The notes beneath the pieces were generated by a model, which saw only the letters and a list, made by a program, of their open reading frames with translations, did no database searches and was not told the origin of the DNA. The position numbers and the translations under genes are program-made. A DNA stretch of 40,957 bases from Phycisphaerales bacterium (GTDB taxonomy: Bacteria > Planctomycetota > Phycisphaerae > Phycisphaerales > SM1A02): positions 1 to 40,957 of the forward strand of contig JBILFU010000001.1 of NCBI GenBank assembly GCA_044351405.1. The letters run 5' to 3'. Below, one piece after another: positions 1-6,937 of this stretch; within the stretch, counting starts at the first letter, position 1; each line of letters begins with the position of its first letter.

Positions 1-1666
1 GCGCGACGCCCTTGGCGGCGCGGCGGTGGTTGCGGACCACGCGGAGCATGTGCTCCTTGTTGGCCTTGTAGCCGTCGAACGGCCCGTGCTCGGCGGCGAG
101 CACGGCGCTCGCGGCGTAGCTGCGGCCGGTGAGGATCGCGGTGAGCGCGCCGCACACGGCGCGGCCGGCGTCGCTGTCGTAGGGGATGCCCGCCTGCATC
201 AGCATGGCGCCGAGGTTGGCGTAGCCGAGGCCGAGCGTGCGGTACTTCCAGCTGAGCTCGGCGATCTCCTTGGAGGGGAAGCTCGCCATCAGCACGCTGA
301 TCTCCAGGACCACGGTCCACAGGCTGATCGCGTGCTCGTAGCCCTCGAGGTCGAAGGTCCGCGACTCGGAGTCGTAGAACTTCATCAGGTTGATCGACGC
401 CAGGTTGCACGCCGTGTTGTCGAGGAACATGTACTCGCTGCACGGGTTGCTGGCGTTGATGCGCCCGCCCTCGGGGCAGGTGTGCCAGGCGTTGATGGTG
501 CTGTCGTACTGGACGCCGGGATCGGCGCAGTGCCACGCGGCCTCGTTGATCTGCCTCCAGAGGTCGCGCGCCTTCATGGTCTTGGCGGGCTTGCCGTCGG
601 TGCGGCGGACGAGCGTCCACTCGCCGTCCTTCTCCACCGCGTCCATGAACGCGTCCGACAGGCGGACCGAGTTGTTCGAGTTCTGGCCGCTGACCGTGTA
701 GTAGGCCTCGCCGTTGAAGTCGTAGTCGAGCTTCAGGCCGAGCTGCTCCGCGATCTCCCTCTGGTTCGGCGCGAGGTGCTTCATGCCCTCGACGAGCGCG
801 GCGACCTTGATCTCCTCGCGGACCTTCCAGTTGACGAACTTCTCGATGTCGGGGTGGTCGACGTCGAGGCAGACCATCTTGGCCGCGCGGCGCGTGGTGC
901 CGCCGGACTTGATGGCGCCCGCGGCGCGGTCGCCGATCTTCAGGAAGCTCATCAGGCCCGAGCTGCGGCCGCCGCCCGAGAGCGGCTCGTTCTCGCCGCG
1001 CAGGTTGGAGAAGTTGGTGCCGGTGCCGGAGCCGTACTTGAAGAGGCGCGCCTCGCGCGTCCACAGGTCCATGATGCCGCCCTCGCCGACGAGGTCGTCG
1101 CGGACGCCCTGGATGAAGCAGGCGTGCGGCTGCGGGTGCGTGTACGCGTCCTTCGCCAGGCTGCACCTGCCGGTCTTGTGGTCGGCGATCCAGTGGCCCT
1201 GCGCGGGGCCGCTGATGCCGTACGCGTAGTTGAGGCCGGTGTTGAACCACTGCGGGCTGTTCGGCGCCGCCATCTGGTTCAGCAGCATGTGCGCGAGCTC
1301 GTCGTAGAAGGCGTCCGCGTCCTTCTTGGTGCTGAAGTAGCCGAACTTCTCGCCCCAGTGGCGCCAGCAGCCCGCGAGGCGGTGCACGACCTGCCTCACG
1401 CTGCGCTCCGGCCCGAGGACCGGCTTGCCGCCGGAGTCCTTCAGCGGGCGGCCGTCCTTGCCCATCTGCGGGACGCCGGCCTTGCGGAAGTACTTGCTCA
1501 CGACGATGTCGGTCGCGAGCTGGCTCCACGACGCCGGGACCTGCGCGTCCTGCATCTCGAAGACGGTGCTGCCGTCGGAGTTGCTGATGCGGCTCGAGCG
1601 GGTGGTCCACTCGATGGTTCCGTAGACGTCCTTGCCTGCGGTGGTGAAGCGTCGTGCGATGCGCAT
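1..1666 (-). CDS. nrdJ: Class II (adenosylcobalamin-dependent) ribonucleotide reductase, N-terminal ~555 aa; the 3' end runs off the left window edge
   Basis: Absent from the supplied ORF track because it is open to the window edge. Reverse-strand translation from ATG 1666..1664 gives MRIARRFTTAGKDVYGTIEWTTRSSRISNSDGSTVFEMQDAQVPASWSQLATDIVVSKYFRKAG..., then ...GGTTRRAAKMVCLDVDHPDIEKFV... and the active-site block NASNPCSEYMFLDNTACNLASINL. GGAG lies 5 nt upstream of the ATG. The 609-aa plus-strand ORF 26..1855 is its antisense shadow. Confidence 0.9.
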   Translation of the reverse strand, partial: MRIARRFTTAGKDVYGTIEWTTRSSRISNSDGSTVFEMQDAQVPASWSQLATDIVVSKYFRKAGVPQMGKDGRPLKDSGGKPVLGPERSVRQVVHRLAGCWRHWGEKFGYFSTKKDADAFYDELAHMLLNQMAAPNSPQWFNTGLNYAYGISGPAQGHWIADHKTGRCSLAKDAYTHPQPHACFIQGVRDDLVGEGGIMDLWTREARLFKYGSGTGTNFSNLRGENEPLSGGGRSSGLMSFLKIGDRAAGAIKSGGTTRRAAKMVCLDVDHPDIEKFVNWKVREEIKVAALVEGMKHLAPNQREIAEQLGLKLDYDFNGEAYYTVSGQNSNNSVRLSDAFMDAVEKDGEWTLVRRTDGKPAKTMKARDLWRQINEAAWHCADPGVQYDSTINAWHTCPEGGRINASNPCSEYMFLDNTACNLASINLMKFYDSESRTFDLEGYEHAISLWTVVLEISVLMASFPSKEIAELSWKYRTLGLGYANLGAMLMQAGIPYDSDAGRAVCGALTAILTGRSYAASAVLAAEHGPFDGYKANKEHMLRVVRNHRRAAKGVA

Positions 1667-1787
1667 TGGGTCTCCGTCTCTCTTCTCGGGGGTCTTGCGC
1701 GCGATGCCTGCGCGCGTGTCGGGTTTCGTGGCTCGTGCGGTCGACGGCGACGCGCGCGGGGGCACGCGGCACCGCCCTGGGTGCGGT

Positions 1788-2402
1788 TCAGCCGTGTCGG
1801 TGGTTTCGGGGACTGCCGTCGTCGAACGGAATGCCGTCGACGCGGGGCAGGGTGAGGCCGGCCTGGTCCTGGTACTTGCCGCCCTTGTCGGCGTAGCTCA
1901 CGGCGCACGCCTTCTGCGCCTTCAGGAAGATCATCTGCGCGATCCCCTCGTTGGCGTAGATCTTGGCCGGGAGCGGCGTGGTGTTGCTGATCTCGATGGT
2001 CACCTTGCCGCGCCACTCGGGCTCGAGCGGGGTGACGTTGACGATGATGCCGCAGCGGGCGTAGGTGCTCTTGCCGACGCAGATGGCGAGCACGTCGCGG
2101 GGCACGTCGATGGTCTCGACGGTCTCCGCGAGCGCGAAGGAGTTCGGCGGGATCACGATGTGGTCCTTGCCGGTCACCGCGGTGTCGATGGTGATGAAGA
2201 GGTCGTTCGTGAACGCCTTGGGGTCGACGATCGCGGTGCCGCCGCTCGTGGCGTTCGTGAACACCTTGAACCTGGTGCCGACGCGGACGTCGTACCCGTA
2301 GCTCGAGACGCCGAACGAGACGGTGCCCGGCCGCTTGACGTTGTCCGCGAACGGCTCGATCCGCACGCTGTCACGGATCTGCGTGTCGCACAGGATGCTC
2401 AT
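1788..2402 (-). CDS. dcd: dCTP deaminase
   Basis: From the internal ATG at 2402: [42 protein letters not shown]...[13 protein letters not shown]...[32 protein letters not shown]...IAQMIF. This is the typical Dcd/dUTPase-fold pattern. The track start at 2462 adds 20 non-conserved residues. Confidence 0.88.
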   Translation of the reverse strand: MSILCDTQIRDSVRIEPFADNVKRPGTVSFGVSSYGYDVRVGTRFKVFTNATSGGTAIVDPKAFTNDLFITIDTAVTGKDHIVIPPNSFALAETVETIDVPRDVLAICVGKSTYARCGIIVNVTPLEPEWRGKVTIEISNTTPLPAKIYANEGIAQMIFLKAQKACAVSYADKGGKYQDQAGLTLPRVDGIPFDDGSPRNHRHG

Positions 2403-2575
2403 TGCCCGACCCCTTGCAGGGACCATGCCGGTCCCGAGAGACGCTTGTTGAACCACCGACACCTCAGGTCACCATGCCGGCGGGCGCCATGTTCGGCATC
2501 CGTTCGGTATGATTTGCCCTTGCCGCGCACCACCAACGGTTGGGAGCGCGGGGCATGGTACCCCTACAGGTTGTG

Positions 2576-2602
2576 GGTGCAAGCGGTTGCACCGACGTTT
2601 TT
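2576..2602 (+). terminator. Orphan terminator-like hairpin in the dcd/uvrD divergent spacer: GGTGCAA-gcgg-TTGCACC, then gacg + TTTTT
   Basis: 7-bp stem at 2576..2582 / 2587..2593 and T5 at 2598..2602. The T-run is offset by 4 nt from the stem, which is atypical. Confidence 0.3.
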
Positions 2603-2757
2603 ATGGTCTTTCCGCGACGTGGTCGCAAGTCGATCCCGGCGCGGGGTTTAGGTTGTATGAAGATGCAGGCGGGCGCATCGGAGCGGTGTGGACAGCGTGT
2701 CGACGCCTGTCTCCTAGACTCGGCCCGCGCAAGGCGCGACGCACGGAGGCCACGCGA

Positions 2758-5043
2758 GTGCTGTTCCCCGACGAGGAAAATGACCCGGAAACGCCGGTTT
2801 CGGCGCCTTCCCTCGACCCAGATGCCTTCCTCGCGGGGCTCACCGCGGACCAGCGCACGGCGGTGTCGCACGTCGACGGGCCGCTCCTGGTGCTGGCGGG
2901 ACCCGGCTCCGGCAAGACGCGCGTGATCACGCGTCGCGTCGCGCGGCTCGTCGCGCTCGGGATCCCCGCGTGGCAGGTGCTCGCGCTCACCTTCACGAAC
3001 AAGGCGGCCGGCGAGATGAAGCGGCGCGTCGAGGAGATGCTCCCCGCGGACCTGCCCGGCCGGCGCGGCCTGGTGGTGAGCACGTTCCACGCGTTCTGCG
3101 CGATGTTCCTGCGCCGGCACGCCGTGGAGTGCGGCGTCGACCCGGACTTCGTGATCTTCGACGCCGACGACCAGCGCACCGCGATGAAGCAGGCGATCGA
3201 GGAGGTCGGCCTCGACGCGAAGAACTTCCAGCCGGCCGCGGTGCACGCGCGGGTCAGCGCCGCGAAGAACCAGCTCGTCGACGCCGCCGCGTTCCGCGAG
3301 TCGGCGGGCGACTTCTCGTCGCGCCAGGTGGCGAAGGCGTACGAGGCGTACGAGCGCATCCTGGCGCGCAGCAGGGCGCTCGACTTCGACGACCTCCTGA
3401 TGCGCGTCGCGCAGGCGCTCGAGCGCGACGCCGCGCTGCGCGACCGCACCGCGGCGCGCTACCGCTACGTGCTGATCGACGAGTACCAGGACACCAACCG
3501 CGCGCAGTTCGCGATCGCCGCGCGGATCGCGGGCGGGCACCGGAACATCTGCGTGGTCGGCGACCCGGACCAGTCGATCTACCGCTGGCGCGGCGCGGAC
3601 ATCCGCAACATCCTCGAGTTCGAGGAGTGCTTCGCGGGGACGCGCACCGTGGCGCTCGGCGAGAACTTCCGCTCCACCGCGCACATCGTGGCGGCCGCGG
3701 ACTCGCTGATCCGCCACAACCGCCGCCGCAAGGAGAAGCCGCTCTACACCGGCCTCGGCGACGGCGAGCAGGTGCGCATCCTGCGCACGGCCGACGAGCA
3801 CGCCGAGGCGGACGAGGTCGCCAAGTCGATCGTCACCGCGAACGACGCCGGCGTCCCGTGGCGCGAGATGGCGGTCCTCTACCGCATGAACGCGCTGAGC
3901 CGCGTGGTGGAGGACGCGCTGCGGCGCCGCGGCATCCCGTACCGCATCGTGCGCGGCACGGCGTTCTTCGAGCGCAAGGAGGTCAAGGACCTCGTCGCGT
4001 ACCTGCGCGTCGTCGCCAATCCGTCCGACGACGTGGCCTGCGCGCGCGTCGTCAACGTGCCTGCGCGCGGCATCGGGCAGGCCTCGCTCGCGAAGGTCGA
4101 GCGGATCGCGCTCTCGCGCGGCGTGCCGCTGCTGGAGGCGCTGGGATCGGCGCGCGAGGCCGGCGTGGCCGACCGCACTGCGCGCGCGATCGAGGGCTTC
4201 CGCGACACGGTGCGGCGCTGGCGCGAGGTGCTCGGGCAGGGCGAGCCCGGCGCGCTCGCGGCGTTCGTCGAGATGGTGCTCGACGAGAGCGGCCTGCGGG
4301 ACTTTGCCGACGGTACCGACGGCGACGATCTGGACCAGCGCCGCGCGAACCTGGACGAGGTGGTCAACGCCGCCGGCGACTTCGAGCTCCCGGAGGACCC
4401 GGTCGGCGCGCCGCCGACGCTCCTGCGCGCGCTGCAGGGCTTCCTGCAGTCGGTGGCCCTGGCGGCGGACTCCGATGCCTTCGACCCGGAGAGCGGGGCG
4501 GTGACGCTGATGACCCTGCACGCCGCCAAGGGGCTCGAGTTCGAGTCGGTCGCCGTGATCGGCTGCGAGGACGGCATCCTGCCGCACTCGCGCGCCCGCG
4601 AGGGCGGCGAGGAGGTCGAGGAGGAGCGCCGCCTGTGCTTCGTGGGCATGACGCGCGCCAAGCGCCGTCTGCTCCTGACGCACGCCGCCAACCGCACCGT
4701 GCGCGGCATGCGCATGTCGGCGATGCAGAGCGAGTTCCTCCGCGAGATCGCCGAGGCGAACGTGGTGCGGGAGGACCTCGCCGGCGGCTGGCTCGCGGGC
4801 GACGACGGCAGCGACGGCGCGGACGAGCCCTGGCGCGACGAGATCGACTCCCCGCGCGGGCTGGGTGCGCAGTTCCCGGTCGGTTCGCTCGTCAGGCACC
4901 CGCTCTTCGGCGTGGGCACGGTGCAGGCGATCCTGCCCCGCGGCAGCGTCACGAGCGCGCGCGTGTCTTTCCGGACCGTCGGCGTGAAGACGCTGGTGCT
5001 CGAGTACGCGAAGCTGGTGCGGCTGCGGACCGACGCGCCGTGA
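2758..5043 (+). CDS. uvrD: UvrD/PcrA/Rep-family ATP-dependent DNA helicase
   Basis: Contains LTADQRTAVSHVDGPLLVLAGPGSGKTRVITRRVA (Walker A), LALTFTNKAAGEM, YVLIDEYQDTN, VVGDPDQSIYRWRGA, ENFRST, VTLMTLHAAKGLEFESV and CFVGMTRAKRRLLL. I chose the in-frame GTG at 2758 as start. The 83 codons upstream of it (track start 2509) lie in lower-GC, non-protein-like sequence. Start uncertain by tens of codons. Confidence 0.9.
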   Translation: MLFPDEENDPETPVSAPSLDPDAFLAGLTADQRTAVSHVDGPLLVLAGPGSGKTRVITRRVARLVALGIPAWQVLALTFTNKAAGEMKRRVEEMLPADLPGRRGLVVSTFHAFCAMFLRRHAVECGVDPDFVIFDADDQRTAMKQAIEEVGLDAKNFQPAAVHARVSAAKNQLVDAAAFRESAGDFSSRQVAKAYEAYERILARSRALDFDDLLMRVAQALERDAALRDRTAARYRYVLIDEYQDTNRAQFAIAARIAGGHRNICVVGDPDQSIYRWRGADIRNILEFEECFAGTRTVALGENFRSTAHIVAAADSLIRHNRRRKEKPLYTGLGDGEQVRILRTADEHAEADEVAKSIVTANDAGVPWREMAVLYRMNALSRVVEDALRRRGIPYRIVRGTAFFERKEVKDLVAYLRVVANPSDDVACARVVNVPARGIGQASLAKVERIALSRGVPLLEALGSAREAGVADRTARAIEGFRDTVRRWREVLGQGEPGALAAFVEMVLDESGLRDFADGTDGDDLDQRRANLDEVVNAAGDFELPEDPVGAPPTLLRALQGFLQSVALAADSDAFDPESGAVTLMTLHAAKGLEFESVAVIGCEDGILPHSRAREGGEEVEEERRLCFVGMTRAKRRLLLTHAANRTVRGMRMSAMQSEFLREIAEANVVREDLAGGWLAGDDGSDGADEPWRDEIDSPRGLGAQFPVGSLVRHPLFGVGTVQAILPRGSVTSARVSFRTVGVKTLVLEYAKLVRLRTDAP

Positions 5044-5088
5044 CGGCAGGCCCCGATCGGTGGCCCGATAGCGACAAATTCCTCGTAT

Positions 5089-5173
5089 CCGGTGATGGTT
5101 CCCGGTCGCCGAATGCGGTTTGAGGGAGGGGTGGACACGGTCCACGACCCGCGTCCCGGACGTTCCGGGCGCG
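5089..5173 (+). promoter_or_regulatory. Conserved 5' leader block, copy 1, upstream of PEP-CTERM paralog A; contains hairpin GTGGAC-acg-GTCCAC at 5131..5145
   Basis: CCGGTGATGGTTCCCGGtCGCCGAaTGCGgTTTgAGgGaGGGGTGGACacGGTCCAc..CCCGCGtCCCGgaCGTTCcGGGCGCG aligns by eye with 6016..6100. Confidence 0.5.
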
Positions 5174-5201
5174 CTTCCGGGAGCAACCGAGGACTTTGAG
5201 C

Positions 5202-5942
5202 ATGGCGATGATCGATCCGGACCCCTCGCAGCGCGACGACTCGCGTTCCTCCTCGACCTCCGGCAGGGGCCGCGCGCGGCTCGCCGCCCGCCTCGCCGTC
5301 GGCCTCGGCGCGCTGACCGTCGGCACCCCCGACGCCGGTGCGGCGGTGGTGGCGATCGACCTCACGAGCCTCGGCACCGGGACCGCGCGCGTCGACGTCA
5401 CGGGCGACAACGGCGGGCTGGCGGCAACGGGAGACAGGACCACCGTGGTCGACTGGCTCGGCACCGGGACCGGTGCGCTCCGGATCTGGAACGGGTACAG
5501 CAGCGGCTGGGGGATGGACGGCCAGTACGGGTCGGACAGCGCCACCATGCTGGAGTTCGCGAGCAGCGCCGGCTCTCCCACGCCGCCGGTGTCGCCCGTG
5601 AACTTCGCCGCCGGTGCAGGCATCCAGGAGGATCCTTCGTGGGTCTTCAGCGGCGATCCGTATCAGTCGGCCTTCCGCAGCGGTGCCGTGGCCTCGGCCG
5701 ACTTCGGCGCCGGCAGCTACATGGGCTTCCGCTTCGGCTCGGGATCGAACTGGTACTACGGCTACCTCGAGGTGACGTGGACGGCGTCGACGAACACGTT
5801 CCGGATCCTCTCGGGCGCCTACGAGTCCCACGTGAACACGGCGATCCTGGCCGGCGCGATGGCCGTCCCCGCGCCCTCGGCGCTGGCGCTCGCGGCCCTC
5901 GGCGGCAGCGCGTTCCGGCGCGCCCGCGTGCGGGCGGCGTGA
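5202..5942 (+). CDS. Secreted protein with PEP-CTERM-like C-terminal sorting signal (VPAP variant), paralog A
   Basis: The N-terminus has a hydrophobic signal-like segment, ARLAARLAVGLGALTVGTPDAGAA|VVAIDLT. The C-terminus is VPAPSALALAALGGSAFRRARVRAA (P-x-P, hydrophobic helix, Arg-rich tail). Shared core with paralog B: FGAGSYMGFRFGSG..YYGYLEVTW.AST.TF.ILSGAYES.VNT.ILAGA. ATG at 5202; an in-frame TTG at 5196 is also possible. Confidence 0.75.
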   Translation: MAMIDPDPSQRDDSRSSSTSGRGRARLAARLAVGLGALTVGTPDAGAAVVAIDLTSLGTGTARVDVTGDNGGLAATGDRTTVVDWLGTGTGALRIWNGYSSGWGMDGQYGSDSATMLEFASSAGSPTPPVSPVNFAAGAGIQEDPSWVFSGDPYQSAFRSGAVASADFGAGSYMGFRFGSGSNWYYGYLEVTWTASTNTFRILSGAYESHVNTAILAGAMAVPAPSALALAALGGSAFRRARVRAA

Positions 5943-6015
5943 GCGGGGCGGGGTGCCGCGGCGCCCGCCCGCCACGGGCGCGGATTTGGCGCTGAATCGC
6001 AGAATTCCAAGGCGT

Positions 6016-6100
6016 CCGGTGATGGTTCCCGGGCGCCGATTGCGTTTAGAGGGGGGGGTGGACCATCGGTCCATCCCGCGCCCCGAGCGTTCTGGGCGCG
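6016..6100 (+). promoter_or_regulatory. Conserved 5' leader block, copy 2, upstream of PEP-CTERM paralog B; hairpin TGGACC-atc-GGTCCA at 6059..6073, G8 tract at 6051..6058
   Basis: Same block as 5089..5173. The hairpin is preserved with a shifted register. Confidence 0.5.
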
Positions 6101-6149
6101 TCGAGCGCCCGGTGTGGGGCGCCGCCTCGTGTGACCAGGGAGCTTGAGC

Positions 6150-6872
6150 ATGTCGACGATCCATCCAGCCCGTTCGCCGCGCGGCGACTCGCGTCCGTCC
6201 TCGGTTTCCGCCACGGGCTCGGCGCGGCTCGCCGCGTACCTGGCCGCCGGCGTCGGCGCGTCGCTGGTGGGCACGCCGGATGCCGAGGCGGCGGTGGTGG
6301 CGATCAACCTCACCAACGTCGGCGGACAGAACATCACGGGATTGAATGCGGGGCTGTCCAGTGGGGGGAGGCTCTCCATCCCGAACTGGCTTGGACCCGG
6401 CACCGGGGGGTCCATCACGCTATCCAACAATGCGATCGTCGGGGGCTACCGGTTCTTGGGGCTCGCCGGTGGCAGCGGCTTGGGGTTTGCCATCGGCACT
6501 CGCTTTGCGAGCCCCTTCAACTTCGGGGCGGGGACAACCATCGGTCCCTCCACGCCTGTCTCCTATTCGTCAGCTGAGCCCGCCTTCGAGTACTCCAATT
6601 CGGGTGGATACTACACCTCGCCCAACTTCGGAGCCGGAAGCTACATGGGTTTCCGCTTCGCCTCGGGACTCGACTTTCACTACGGATACCTCGAGGTGAC
6701 GTGGAACGCGTCCACGGCGACGTTCCAGATTCTCTCGGGTGCCTACGAGTCGACCGTGAACACCGGGATCCTCGCCGGCGCGACGCCGACGCCCGTCCCC
6801 GCGCCCTCGGCGCTGGCGCTCCTGGCCCTCGGCGGCGGCGCGTTCCGGCGCGCCCGCGCGCGGGCGGCGTGA
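6150..6872 (+). CDS. Secreted protein with PEP-CTERM-like C-terminal sorting signal (VPAP variant), paralog B
   Basis: ARLAAYLAAGVGASLVGTPDAEAA|VVAINLT near the N-terminus; C-terminus PVPAPSALALLALGGGAFRRARARAA; same conserved C-terminal core as paralog A. ATG at 6150 (in-frame TTG at 6144). Confidence 0.75.
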   Translation: MSTIHPARSPRGDSRPSSVSATGSARLAAYLAAGVGASLVGTPDAEAAVVAINLTNVGGQNITGLNAGLSSGGRLSIPNWLGPGTGGSITLSNNAIVGGYRFLGLAGGSGLGFAIGTRFASPFNFGAGTTIGPSTPVSYSSAEPAFEYSNSGGYYTSPNFGAGSYMGFRFASGLDFHYGYLEVTWNASTATFQILSGAYESTVNTGILAGATPTPVPAPSALALLALGGGAFRRARARAA

Positions 6873-6937
6873 GCGGGGCGGGCGCCGGTGCCACGGCGTG
6901 GTGCTCGCGTCCTTGACGCGGCATCTAGTCTGACACG

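Noticed and set aside
1667-1787. NrdR box or cobalamin riboswitch upstream of nrdJ
   Set aside because: The 121-bp dcd-nrdJ spacer is GC-rich with no AT-rich NrdR palindromes. It is too short and lacks the conserved B12-box features.
26-1855. 609-aa plus-strand ORF and other nested ORFs over the first 2 kb
   Set aside because: Ala/Arg/Gly/Val-rich junk composition. It lies exactly antisense to a clean NrdJ reading frame. Long stop-free shadow frames are expected at this GC content.
2509-2757. Track start codon for uvrD at 2509 (83 extra N-terminal residues)
   Set aside because: The extension lies in lower-GC sequence and translates to Cys/Arg/Gly-rich non-protein-like sequence. It spans a terminator-like hairpin. 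The first conserved helicase residues begin shortly after the GTG at 2758.
5095-5115. Possible sigma-54 promoter in the PEP-CTERM leaders (TGGTTCCCGGTCGCC / CCGGGCGCCGATTGCG)
   Set aside because: The GG-to-GC spacing is one nucleotide short of the strict -24/-12 geometry in every register tried, in both copies.
2464-6164. 893-aa and 761-aa minus-strand ORFs and a 717-aa plus-strand alternative frame over uvrD and the first PEP-CTERM gene
   Set aside because: Arg/Pro/Ala-dominated translations without motifs. They overlap a frame with complete UvrD helicase motifs.
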